A stretch of DNA of 64,000 nt from Octopus bimaculoides (GCF_001194135.2 NC_068985.1:19820059-19884058), one strand, 5' to 3'; positions 48,024 through 61,289 are shown, counted from the first letter of the stretch. Notes: generated from the letters alone by a model not told the origin. Program-made: numbers and translations.

Positions 48024-50491
48024 TTAAATTATTGCACCCATTATATTCACCTTGTTTTAAAGAATAAGAATTTTATGTAGTTTTCATAGATCAACACTGA
48101 AATTCTGTAGTTTGTTATTTTCAGTTATAACTAATTGCATGTCATTCAGAATGCTTTTGCAGACAGCAGTGGACTTGTTCTAGATGTATGAATAATACTT
48201 TAATGTGGATACATTTGTATCTTTTACGTGTGTGTTGTTTTTGTGGAAGATTATATGTGTGTGCATGTTTATTTCCAGTGTATTTAGGCCAACTTATGAT
48301 TGTGTGTGTACTTAGGTGTTTGGTTTGTTTTTAAAGTCTGTATAAGTAGGCTAGGGTGTGTGTGTGTGATTCTATTTTGAAAGTGTGTGCACATGTTTTT
48401 TTTGTGTGTACATAGGCTAGAATGTCTATGTGCTTGCTTTTAATGTCTCTATGTGTGTGGAAGTTGAAAGCTTAAATAGGTAATATGTGTGTGTGTGTGT
48501 TTCTTTTGCACTGTGGATGTATACCTTTTTATTTTTTGAATCTGGAAGATGAAGCATATGTATGTTGGATATGGTGTACACTTATACTGTGTGTATGCAT
48601 GCTTATTTAAAGTGTGTGTGTAAACGTTGATGCATGTGTATGTAGGTTGTATGTGTGTGCTGATACTAAGAAATGGCATGTGTATGTATGTATTTGTGCA
48701 TGTGTGCATAAAAAGTTTGAATGCAAATGTGAGCAGGTCATATATGTATGTGCATGTGATGTGTATTATTTTTCAGAAATCTATGCCTATATTTCAACTG
48801 TATATGTATGCTCCAGCATGGCCGCAGTCAAAGGACTGAAACAAATAAAAGAGTAAAAGAGTATAAAAGAGTATATGATAGTTAAATATATGTATAAGTA
48901 AGGCATAAGTGTGTCTTGTTTTCTTTGGGGGAATGTATATGAATGTGATTATTTTATGTGTACATGCAATATGTGTTAGCATGTGTTTGTGAAATTCGGC
49001 AGTATGTGTAGATGGGTTGTTTTGTAATCTGATAGAAATATTTCTAATCTATCCATTTTCTTTAAAACTTTCTAAAGATAATTTGAATATATTGTCTTAA
49101 AAGTCTCAGATTTTCTCTAAGATAGTTTATTTGAGATTTGTTCATATTTGGTATCAGTTTCATATGATCCCAGCTTATTGATTATAGGCAGTGGATTGGC
49201 AAAAATCATAAAAAAAGTAGATGTGGCTGCTTTGACATATTTAATTTATACTGGACTCACTAATATTAAAATCAATACAGGTTGGTTGTATGTTGGTTAT
49301 AAAAGAAGTAAATACTTTTAGATTGTCAGATATATTTCTGTGAAGGAAAAATGACCCAGATGTTTATGACAATACTGTATTTTACAATTCATTTAGCTAT
49401 CACAAATTGATACTAGTTTTATTTTGGAGAGGAATGTTGTTATGGACTGAAAAACCTATCTAGACACAGATTATCTAATACTACTAATTTCAGAACTAAA
49501 CATTGCTACTAATCGAATGCATCCTCATACATAATACTATACCTTAAATATTGCATGGACTGAGCTCATTAGTATGTCTAGCTAAGCTTTCTATTTTAAA
49601 TGCTTGGAAGTTATGATGTCACTTTGGTATAGTGATTGGCACAGCTATATGGTTTAGAGCAGACACACAGTTCAAATCCCACAGGCAACATTACAATTTT
49701 TTCTGTCTTCTTCTATAGATGAATAAGATATATATTTATTTCTAATTCATATTGAATATCCTTATAGACTTAATATTTTTAGAAAATTTTATTGAGTTAA
49801 AAGTAATATTATAAAGTTTAGTCAATTGACAAAAAAAAAAAGAATGTTTACTCTATCTTAGAAAACTCTCTACTTCATATTCTTTTCTACTCTAGGCACA
49901 AGGCCCGAAATTTTGGGGCAGGGGGCCAGTTGATTAGATCGACCCGGAAACGATGAAAGGCAAAGTCGACCTTGGCAGAATTTGAACCCAGAATGTAAAG
50001 ACAGACAAAATACCGCTGAGCATTTTGCCCAGCATGCCAATGCTTCTGCAAGCTCGTCGCCATAGTCTCTACTTTATATTGTGGATCTATTTACTTTTGT
50101 ACCTATCATCTTTGTAAATACCGAAATCATTCATGATTATTAGAAGGAAAACAAAAATAAAACAAAAATTTTTATCTCACTGCCTATTTTCACATGTCTA
50201 TTCAATTTATCATTTTTCTCTATATTTTCTCCCCTGCAGCCAATCCCTACCTTTATATTTCTGTCACGATTCATTACATCATTTCTCTTTTTGGATGCTC
50301 ATTCTGCTTCATGAATATTCATGAAATGCCTAAATTTTACAAAAAATAAGTATTTCAGTTTTATAAACACATTTGATATCCTGAATGAAAATTTGCATGA
50401 AAGCAACTGTAGCAATAGCTAATGGAACACTTAATGGCTGCTTTTATACAATATATGCATGCATTATTTCTTAGTGGATTAAATTGAATAT

Positions 50492-50867
50492 TTACTCTTT
50501 TTACTTGTTTCAGTCATTTGACTGTGGCCATGCTGGAGCACCACCTTTAGTCGAGCAAATCGACCCCAGGACTTATTCTTTGTAAGCCTAGTACTTATTC
50601 TATCGATCTCTTTTGCCGAACCGCTAAGTTACGGGGACATAAACACACCAGCATCGGTTGTCAAGTGATGTTGGAGGGACAAACACAGACACACACATAC
50701 ATATATACGACAGGCTTCTTTCAGTTTCCATCTACCAAATCAACTCACAAGGCTTTGGTCGGCCTGAAGCTATAGCAGAAGACACTTGCCCAAGGTGCCA
50801 CGCAGTGGGACTGAACCTGGAGCCATGTGGTTGGTATGCAAGCTACTTACCACACAGCCACTCCTAC
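50492..50867 (-). mobile_element. SINE family A
   Basis: Reverse-complement full-length copy. Confidence 0.9.
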
Positions 50868-52670
50868 ACAGAAAAAATAGTTTGATGAAAGCAAATTTGC
50901 ACAATATCTTAATTCAGAATTCACTATTTTTAAATGCACCATTATCTTGCACTATGTAACAGGTGCTTGTTTGCATTTTAAGCATGTCCCAAATAATAGA
51001 AACCTTATTGTTGATAGAATTTTACTTCTGTAATATAACTGGCTGCATTAAGGCGTCTGATAGGTTTGTATTGGCTCTGACATGCCAACACAAGCCTATC
51101 AAGAGCAAGCAATATCCTGAATGTATTTATTACCTAAATATCTAGTCCAGTTTTTATGGATTTATACTAACATAAGGCAAAAAGGAATTTATAAGTGTTT
51201 CCTATCACACAAAGCCACTTGAATTGGTTACCATGACCTTTATAAAGCATTCAATGTTTATAAAACTGAGTTCAATTATTCTGGCTGAAGGAATGAAAAA
51301 GGTGTCTAAATGTTGAAAAGAAATAAGTTTGAGTTTCTTTTCAACCACTTCAGTTTCTTTATTGAAACCTCCAGTATGTCTTTGAATAAATCTACTAATG
51401 ATTTTAAAGTGAAGATTTTTATAACTATGAGTTTTTCTATTTATAAGTTTCATATGAATACTGTTAATCTTTTATTTGATAATTTTATTAGAGAAAGTGC
51501 TGCTGTAGTAAATGGTTTATTTGTGCATAAATTAACCAGCTATTATGATTGAAGTAAATAAAAATCTATAAAATGTATTCTGGTTAAATATTTATGATAT
51601 AATATAGTTCGTTTTTACAGTTTGTCTTGTCTCATCTGAAAAGATGAAAGATTGTATGTTTTGAATTGATTTAAACTTAGAATTATATATAATTCACAGA
51701 ATTGCAATATTCACTAAACGATTTTGCTTGACAAGTCAAAAATGTTGAGATTGGTAGAACTGAAAGACACTTCTAACTTTGCATAACCTTTTCTATATTG
51801 CTAGCTACTACTCTTTCTTATTACTCCTTATATCATCAGTACATATTTTCATTGTTGTATACCACTTCCTCTACATTGTAGAAGACCTGTTTAATCCATG
51901 TTTAGCATACAAAACTATATGTGCATAAGAACATGTATACAAACACACATGCATGCATACACACATGATGGCTGCAGCTTGTTTTCAAGTAATGCCACTG
52001 TTTGGTCGTTCTTTTAAACATGAGCACCACGGATGTAGTTTTTCAGTCTTGCTAGGGACTTAAATGCTTTTGTAAAGATGTGGCAATGATTGGTGCATAT
52101 AACACAGTAGGTGTTATAATATTGAATCTTCATGTGATGTTTCAGTCCGTCTCCTGGCACACATAATTTTTCACACTCACTGCAAAGAGAGATGCCATAT
52201 TAATGCATAGTTAACTTGCCTCTGTGTGTGTGTGTTCCCTGATGACTTCTAAAACTTGCTTTACTAAGACAGACCTGCCCACACTCACTACATGTTAAAT
52301 TGAACTGTACACCAACATAATCAAGCGGATTAGCATCTCTTTTAATGCTGCTTGTAACATGTAACCGAGTACGACCTGCAGCATGATTAGGTCGTTGGCA
52401 ACTAAATTGGCATGCATACACACATGCATTTAAGGATATATATGTGAATGTCTAGACATGCAACTATATGCATGAGAATACATACATAAAACAAAACATA
52501 CAAATCTACATATGCACTGACTCTAAACACTGCACATATATACATACATGCACAAACACACTGTTGATGTTGTTGAAATTCCAATGAAGGAGCTTTGGAT
52601 CTAGGTTAGAAGCTAGCTCTTTCTTTATTTGCAAGAAATCTCGAAATAAACTGAATGACTTTCAAACATA

Positions 52671-52832
52671 GGCGTAGGAGTGGCTGTGTGGTAAGTAGCT
52701 TGCTTACAACCACATGGTTCTGGGTTCAGTCCCGCTGCGTGGCACCTTGGGCAAGTGTCTTCTACTATAGCCTCGGGCCGACCAAAGCCTTGTGAGTGGA
52801 TTTGGTAGACGGAAACTGAAAGAAGCCCGCCG

Positions 52833-52873
<41 letters not shown>

Positions 52874-53085
52874 GTGTATATGTTTGTGTGTCTGTGTTTG
52901 TCCCCCCAACATCGCTTGACAACCGATGCTGGTGTGTTTACGTCCCCGTAACTTAGCGGTTCGGCTAAAGAAACCGATAGAATAAGTATTAGGCTTACAA
53001 AGAATAAGTCCTGGGGTCGATTAGCTCGACTGAAAGGCGGTGCTCCAGCATGGCCACAGTCAAATGACTGAAACAAGTAAAAGAG
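52671..53085 (+). mobile_element. SINE family A, young copy
   Basis: Full head to tail. Confidence 0.9.
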
Positions 53086-53999
53086 AGATACATACATACA
53101 CACACACATACATATCCCCATATGTGACATTTACATGCATTAATCTTGGATGTATATATTGAATTCCTGCCTAATTTGTATGAAATGTAATATGAACTGC
53201 AAAGCTTATATTGCTATTTCTTGTGGAATGATATAAGAATTGAAAAGAAGTGTGAATAAATTAACATATTTAAGATTGTTTGAAATCTTTTAAACTCAAC
53301 AAGATGACAATGAGAATTATATGAATGTAAACTCTATTTTTGTCTGTTAATCAATAAAGAGTAGGGAGGTAAGCAATTCCACTGACATTTTGATGTATGA
53401 CTGGTATTTGTCACTGAGAACCACAACAATTTTGATTTGTTCTTTTGTATTTCAACATAAAATTGTGTTAGAACAACTTTTTTTTTATATATCAGTTTAC
53501 CATCGGTATACTCTTTCAGTTTGGCTAGTCAGCACAAACTGAAGGAATCTGTGTGATTGCTAGATTTGCTAGAAACAACAGCCAAATCTCCCTTAAAGCA
53601 CCCTGTTGTCTTTCTTAAATAAAGAACATATAGGATAATGCTGTCTTAGATATACTCCCCAAAAGATGGGTGAACACAGATGGAATAACTCTGATCATTC
53701 CTGTTCAATCAGGGTAAACTCGGGGCTAAATAACAAACGAATTAAAAATTATAACGCAATGTGAAAAGAACCGATGTGGACAGAAACGATAGAACGGGTT
53801 AAATGCTTTCTCTAAGAAAACAATATAAATGAGCCTACAAGAAACGTCTATGTAGACATTCCACTTTCTAGAAATAGCAGTCAAATCTCCCTTAAATTAC
53901 ACCTTACTACCTTGAAAAGAGAAATCATATTGGATAATGAAGTAGTATTGTTAATAGGTCTCCTGGATCAGGGTTGACATCGACTAACCAACAACAAAC

Positions 54000-54530
54000 A
54001 ATATAAAGGCGGAAGAAAATTTGACAAGCCACTGTTTAAGTCATCACCGTTTTAAACCTACTTCAGGTATTAGATTCAAAATAAAGAAGGTAAGTATTTG
54101 TAATAAAGATTTCATTAATTTTCAGGAAATGTTAAAACCCTCTTTTCTGTGATATTTTCTTATCATTGCACGATTAAATCAGTAAAGAATCGCAAGTATT
54201 CTTTTAGTAAACAAGAGCGGTTACTTTGAAATTATCAAGTTGAGACTTTGACAATTGTTATTTGGTGATAAGTACGGAGAAAATATAATCACGGAAGGAA
54301 GAAAATATATTAAAACAAATAGATAAACAGCTTGGAAATAGTTATATGCTGCTATTAAAATTTATGATTTTATATGAATATGAAAACAACTTCATTTTTG
54401 TAGCATATTTTGTATTCGGATTAATGCCGAGAGTCTGGAACAAAATGCAATCGAAACATTTTCGACTTCCTTTTCGAACAATCTAAGATTTAAAGTTTCG
54501 TTTAGTTCCCGCGCTCGCGAAATTTTCTGC
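54000..54530 (+). promoter_or_regulatory. Candidate EME1 promoter / non-coding first exon region
   Basis: Local CpG retention. GGCGGAAG (ETS-like) at about 54008, strong donor AAG|GTAAGT at 54090, E2F-like TTCCCGCGC/TCGCGAAA at 54506-54522. Confidence 0.4.
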
Positions 54531-54909
54531 TTGTCCCGAACGAACTCCGCATCTTCTTTGCTCTTAGGACCTGTGTCGTCTTATGTAGCTGTGCGATATA
54601 TTAAGGGTTACTTCATTCAAGGCTAGATTAAGTGTAATAGAGGCACTAAGCACTTTGCTACCCCCATGTATATGTAGTTTAAATATAAACAATAAACTGT
54701 AAAATAAATTTTTACGTTTCAAACATTAAACAAAGCTAACAGTAAGATGGAAAATGATCCTTTCTAGTATAGTTACAAGACCTGAAATTTTGGGGACGGA
54801 GACTAGTCGATTACATCGATTCCAGTGTTTCACTGGTATTTAATTTGTCGACCTCTGTGGAATTTGAACTCAGAACGTAAAGGAGGACGAAACGTTGCTA
54901 AGCATTTCG

Positions 54910-55406
54910 AGTTAAACTCTAGTGTTTGACCCGAGCAAAAAAACAAGAAAAAAAGAAATAGTGCAATAGGTGTAAAACAACATGTAGTAAACGGATATGA
55001 AAAAAAAAAAAAAAAATGCGCGCTGGCGAACGGGAGGCAGAGGAGAGGGGACTCGGAAAATTCACTTGCTCAAGGCGCCATGCAGTGGGACTGAACCCAG
55101 AACCGTGTGGTTGGGAAGAATATCCATTTTCTTGAAGGAAAAAATTAGATCGTGTGAATTGCCCTGGTCCTCACACGATCCGATTTTTTCCCTCAAGAAA
55201 ATGGATATTCTTCCCAACCACACAGTTCCGGGTTCAGTCCCACTGCATGGCGCCTTGGGCAAGTGAATTTTCCGAGTCCCCTCTCCTCTGCCTCCCGTTC
55301 GCCAGCGTTCATTTTTTTTTTCATATTCGTTTACTACATGTTTTACACCTATTGCACTATTTTTTTTTTTTTTTTTTTTGCTTGGGTCAAACACTGGAGT
55401 TTAACT
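54910..55406. mobile_element. 497-bp foldback element (arms about 240 bp) inserted into an older SINE
   Basis: Arms 54910-55157 and 55171-55406 are reverse complements. Flanks GCATTTCG/GTATTTTG resemble an 8-bp TSD. The host SINE continues on both sides. Confidence 0.8.
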
Positions 55407-56065
55407 GTATTTTGTCTGGCCTGTTAACTATCCTGCCAGTTCGGCGCCTTAGTAAGATGGAAAATAATGTTTATCCCTTTGCACTTCCAATTTATTTATA
55501 TTTTCAAAAAATTTCCACTTTTTTTAATTGCAAAGTCTTTGATCAGATCCTCACTATGAAACCATGAACACCTTGAATTTATGTTTCTGATCATACAAAA
55601 AACTTTGAATATTATTCTGGCAAGTTTAAAATGCTTTCTTTTGTGCCGTGAACCATATACCATTTCTGTGGCGCCCATCATTTCTTTGATTCCTTAAGCA
55701 TGTGCTTATTTTGCATAATAGTTAATCCAGCGCTGACTTCATTAATTGTTAGGTAGACTGAATGGAGGTTGACTTGTTCAACGTAATAAGATAAATTTAA
55801 TTTGCAAGTGAATCCTAGTAAAGCTAAATATCTACTCAGTTCCAGAACTGATTGTTTCTATTATCTATGCAAGATGAAACATTTCAGATAGGCTTATCCA
55901 TTTTACCTGGGATCAAGGTATATGCTTTATATGCAATGCTACATTTAGTGTTGGTATTCTGTTGCGAAGAGGAAAGAGCCAAGTGTATTACAAGAATTAT
56001 AATAGGTCTCCATAGACTTAGGGAGAATGGCTAGAGAAAAATATTGAGATGAATAGTCAAGATGT

Positions 56066-56720
56066 TTTAATCATCATCATCATCATCATCATCATCGTTT
56101 AACGTCCGCTTTCAATGCTAGCATGGGTTGGATGATTTGACTGAGGACTAGTGAACCAGATGGCTACACCAGGCTCCAATCTGATTTGGCAGAGTTTCTA
56201 CAGCTGGATGCCGTTCCTAACGCCAACCACTCCGAGAGTGTAGTGGGTGTTTTTATGTGCCACCGGCACGAAAGCCAGTCAGACGGGTACTGGCAACGGC
56301 CATGCTCAAAATGGTGTATTTTACGTGCCACCTGCACAGGAGCCAGTCCAGTGGCACTGGCAACGATCTCGCTCAAATAACTTTTCACGTGCCAGGAAGG
56401 CAACGCTGGTAACGATCATGCTCGAACGGTGGTGGCATCACGATTTTGCTTTCGCTTGCCCCAACAGGTCTTTGCAAGCCGAGTTTAGTGTCCATTGAAG
56501 GAGACGTTGGCATGGGGGCCAGTCATCGAATTTAGTCCGATTTCGATTACACTTGTCTCAACAGGTCTTTGCAAGCGGAGTTTAGTGTCCAATGAAGGAA
56601 AGGTATGCATAAGTGGGCTGGCTACATTCCTGGCAGAGGCGTTGGATTTTGGTCTCACTTGGCTTGCTGGGTCTTCTCACGCACAGGATATTTCCAAAGG
56701 TCTTGGTCAGACAATTTTTA
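56066..56720 (-). mobile_element. Retroposon family B 3' portion, young
   Basis: (CAT)n tail; near-identical to 29031-29530. Confidence 0.85.
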
Positions 56721-57275
56721 AAGTTATATTTGTGTGTGCTTTCATGTAAAATTAGTTGTGGGTATGAGAAAGTTTGAAGTGAATTGTTATGTATGTGTCA
56801 AAATGAAGGGCATGCTGCACAAAAGAAATAGGTTTTATGATCTTTGGACTTGTAGCATGAACAGTCATTACATTTTTTTCACTGAATTTTTTTATAACAA
56901 TAACCTGTGAGCATTCTCATGGTAAGTTGAAAATGTTTCTGTAAATTATATTTCTAGAAGTTAATGCCTTCCAGATGAATTTTCTTTCATCCTTTCTGAG
57001 CAAATAAAATATTTGTGGTGATTCATTCCACTGTACTCTTTATGCCCAACAAAACTATACTCTATATTTCTTATTAAAACTGTACTAGAATTTTGTTAAA
57101 ACTATCAATATTAAAGTCGTTGCCGTGGGCAAATTTAAAATGTTTTATTTTTTACTTTTTTGATTACAGATCTGAGTGGAACGTGAGAATAACTATCTTC
57201 CTTCAATTTAATCTGTTATTTTTTTTTTTCTGAGAAAAATAACCCACAAAAGAATAAAAGACATTTTAATACACA

Positions 57276-57719
57276 ATGGATTTGGATGTAGAAATACCAC
57301 TCAAGGAGAGAGTTTTAGGGTTATCTTCTAAATTTTCTCATGCTATCATTGATCTAGACAATGAAAATATATATTTTGATGATCATTCACATGCTAATGT
57401 TCAGTTTGATGAAGCTCCCAATTTAACTCAAGAAAACAGAGATCTCAAATCTGGTTCCATAGTCTCAAACTTTGTAGATGTAAATGAGGAATGTGCTGAT
57501 AGTGATGATTCTGATTCCTTACCTGCATATACTGAATTAACGAGTTCTCACAGTGATGGCAAGTTATCAGAATTCCTAAAGAAGCACACAACTTTAAATA
57601 CATTGCCACAAACAGAAGTGATAAAACACACAACTTTAAATACATTGCCAGAAACAGAAGTAATAAAGAAGAAAAAATGCTCATCAGAAAAGATGGCTGT
57701 GAAAAAAGTCCAGAAGGAT
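57276..57719 (+). CDS. EME1: Probable EME1 (MUS81 partner) first coding exon; exon starts 57170
   Basis: tacAG acceptor ends at 57169, ATG at 57276, donor GAT|GTGAGT at 57720 (148 codons). The acidic DSDDSDSLP motif resembles vertebrate EME1 N-terminal DSDSEELP. The assignment depends mainly on the next exon. Confidence 0.6.
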
Positions 57720-58021
57720 GTGAGTTTAACATTATTTTTAAATAACAAAATAAAAAAATTAGTGTTCCAAGAAACTAGTAATAGTCTTCATTAGTAAAAA
57801 CAGTTCATGTGATGAATTTTTTAAAAGATAATTTTGTGTGCCATAAGGAGAAGATGGTTCTGAGGTTTTGCATACAACCCTTTGAAGGAATGAGAAATAT
57901 GTTAGAAGGTTCTGAATAATGTTGAGTAATACAAGGAAAAAAAAATAGCTGATGACCAGGTATTAATTGAGTAGTAGATCAATGATCTAAATGAACTATA
58001 TGTGTTATGCTTGTGTGTATA

Positions 58022-58118
58022 TGTGTGTGTGTGCACATGTGCATGTGTGTGCACATGTGCATGTGTGTGCACATGTGCATGTGTGTGCACATGTATGCAC
58101 ATGCATGTGTGTGTGTGT
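58022..58118. repeat. 18-bp minisatellite (GTGTGCACATGTGCATGT)n, about 4 units
   Basis: Seen directly; alternating purine-pyrimidine. Confidence 0.85.
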
Positions 58119-58739
58119 ATAGACTTCACCATCTGTTGTGATTATTGGTAATCTGTAAGAATTCAGTACTGATATTCAGTGTTCTTATTTCTTACCGATA
58201 GGCATGTTTGTATTAAAATTAATGTGAGTTCACTGCAGAGAAAATATCTTTTGGGATTTGATTACTCCCTATCTGGTGGTTGTGTGCAAGCTAGCATAGC
58301 TTGTGATGAGCACAACATGGGAGAAGACATCGATGTTTGATACTTTATCTCATCGACTTAAGGCTGATATTGAAGAAAGTGTTCAGTTTCTGTTCGTGTT
58401 TAGTATGTTTTGTCTATGTTTTGTTGCCATGCCAAGAGATTACTGATTATACAATTGTTCTTTATTAGCATCTTGGTCTTGAGAATGAGTTTCTGATTCA
58501 TCTAGACACATGAGTAAGCAAACCTAAAGTAGATGTAGCTTTCCCAATATGATTATTCGGAGACCTTTTTACTGATAGTAGGTCTGATGTATGTGAATTA
58601 GTATATGTGAGCAAGTATACTAGTTCCAGTTTCTAATAAATCAAAGGTAGAGTGTCATTTAAAGGATGATAGTCAATCTAAAATCTTTGCAAGTATTAGA
58701 GAAAAGGTCCAGAAAACAGTGAAGTTATTTCTTATTGGA

Positions 58740-59400
58740 TGAGGACACTGGAACATAATTGCCTTTGATTAAGAACCACACCCTCCTTGGCTCCCAGTCT
58801 TGCACAGCTGACATTGCGCAGCTGTCTGTTAGTTTTGGTATGCAAATGGACTCCTTTGGTTGAAGTCTCAAAAGATGTTTGAGAAGCAGATAGGAAAAAG
58901 AATTTTGAAACTTTGTAGTGCTATATGTAGCCTTGATTCTCACTGCTGTTGATGTCTAGAGGTCCAGATGAATTACTATTGTAGTTGTATTCGGTTGTTG
59001 CCCTTGTGTCGTCATACAAAGATAGAATCCTGCTGTGTAACTTTGAGAGACATTCATTCTTAGGAGATTTAATCAAATTACTTACTATGTCACTAATATT
59101 GATAGATGGAGGCTTCTGTTCTCTACATTTCTGAATTTGGTGATTGTACTGAAATGCAATGTGAACATATTTCACCATTTTTGTAGACAAATCAGCACAG
59201 CTCCTGTGAAGGGAAATTGCTGTGTAATTACTCCTATTAGCTTGATTAGTGCATTTTTTGATAATAGCTGCCTTTCAAATGTTAATGGTTTCTTGGAGGT
59301 TTTCCATGCATCTGGTCAACTTTGTATGGATGTTATAAAATCACAGTTACAGAGTGAGCCTTTGAGATTTTTGTTTTCCATTTTGCTTGTGTGGTAAGTT
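58740..59400 (-). mobile_element. Decayed non-LTR retrotransposon RT fragment
   Basis: Minus-strand PDAWKTS.. and NYTAISL..SC..STKMV resemble the LINE motifs P..WK..I.P..K and NYRPISL.S...K..E. Confidence 0.55.
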
Positions 59401-60906
59401 ACGCACTGTTTGTTGGAGTTTCTCCATTATCTTCATGGAACAAATGAGGAAGGTGAACTATGATGAGTTAACACCTAATTAGTTGGTAGTTGCCTTGTTC
59501 AATATGGGTGGTAGTTGTCCATTGACATTGAGGGCATGTTTGGCTGTATGGTTAATAAGTTTGCTTCAAAATGACATAGTTTCATGTTCACTTATGCTGT
59601 CTGGTCTGTCACCTTGGCCAGTGTCTTCTGTCATAGCTTTCAGGTCTTCATTATCATCATTTAATGTCTGTTTTCCATGCTAGCATGGGTTGGACGGTTT
59701 GACAGGAGCTGGTAAGGCCAAGGGCCACACCAGCTCCATTGTCTGTTTTGCCTGGGTTTCTACTGTAGGATGCCCTTCCTAATGCCAACCACTTTACAGA
59801 GTGTATTAGGTACTTTTTACATCACACTGTCATCAGTTCTTTTTATGTGACACCATTCACCAGTGCTTTTTTTTGTGGCACCAGCACTAGTATTTTTTAC
59901 GTGACACAAACTCTTTGAAAGCTCAGCAGAGCTTCTTGTTTTGTGGTAGACTTAATATATCATCTGGTTCAATACCACCACCTGGTTCATGGGTACCTCA
60001 GTTGGCATGCACTCTGTTGCTAATATTTGGTCAAGGTCTCTTCCTTGAGGATAACTTCTCCCATCAGACTTGGAAGTCTTGAAGAGGTCAAGGATCCTAT
60101 CTTCGTCCTCTGATTAAGTCGTTTAAAAATATTGCAAATTTCTTTCAATATCCACAGCAACCATTGGTACTACATTGATTTAGAGTAGCAAAACCTAACT
60201 TTCCTTGTTATGGTGATGTTGATACAAAGTTAGAGAGTTCTTCTCAGAGCTCTAGCTTTCAGTATTATTGAGGACCAGAAAGGCAGCAAGCAGAATCATT
60301 AGCACACCAGGCAAACTGCTTGGTGGCATTTCATCCCTCTTTACATTATGTTCTGAGTTCAAATTCTGCTGAGGTTGATTCAACTTTACCTTTCATCCTT
60401 TCAGGGTCAATATGATAAGTACTAATTGAGCACTGGGATTGATGTAATTCACTTAACCCCTCCCCCAAAGTTGCTGGCCTTGTGCCAAAATTTGAAACCA
60501 ATATTATGGAGGCCAGTTGGTAAATCAGTTAATTTAGTCCTTTACTTTCTGCTGTATCCTGATCAAAGTATTTTCTCTGGCTATTACTTGGATTATAAGT
60601 TTTTATGAATTTCATATGATGGATTGTAGAAATGATATTGTATGTAGATCATCTGACTTTTTGAAACATAGAAAAACATAAAATATCTTTAAGTGTCCAT
60701 GTTAGCAGGTTTGAATTCAAGTTTGTAAATTACCAAACATTCACTTCAACATGCTAATAGGATAGAATAGTGGGAGAAGAGGAAGTAAAAGAATAAGAGA
60801 GAGAAAAATGAAAGAGTAAAAAGATCGTATAGCATGTGCATCAGAATTATTAAGATAAAACTTACTTGGAAGAGGATGCATGGCATTCAATCATATAATA
60901 ATATAA

Positions 60907-60936
<30 letters not shown>

Positions 60937-60941
<5 letters not shown>

Positions 60942-61154
60942 GTAAATAATATGTGACAATAATTCGGTAGCCATGATAAAACTCCGAGTTTTGGATGCCG
61001 GGGTGGAAACCCATGCCACCATCTCTTCAGTTATCTGGCCATTCTTCGATGGCCAGATAACTGAAGAGATGGTGGCATGGGTTTCCACCCCGGCATCCAA
61101 AACTCGGAGTTTTATCATGGCTACCGAATAATTGTCACATATTTTTTACAGATA
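60937..61154. repeat. 218-bp near-perfect palindrome (106-bp arms, 6-nt loop)
   Basis: Only 2 mismatches between arms. Abuts a (TA)n tract; TA on both sides of 60939-61152. Confidence 0.95.
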
Positions 61155-61289
61155 AATTCCTCTATTTACATAATATCGAGATCTTTTTCTTTCTTTTGTT
61201 GTCTTACCTTTTCTATCTATCTATCTATATATATATATAATATATGTAATATATGTATATAATATATATTTTTTTAATTGAATGAATAG

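Noticed and set aside
50940-51560. Possible decayed transposase or hidden exon (short ORFs on both strands, an NRNLIVD..FTSV-like piggyBac resemblance)
   Set aside because: Multiple stops, no convincing splice sites, and similarity too weak to support without a frameshift-aware search.
57720-57794. Treating ORF 57276-57794 as a single-exon gene
   Set aside because: A consensus donor GTGAGT at 57720 and an in-phase downstream exon at 61290 indicate that the ORF tail is intronic.
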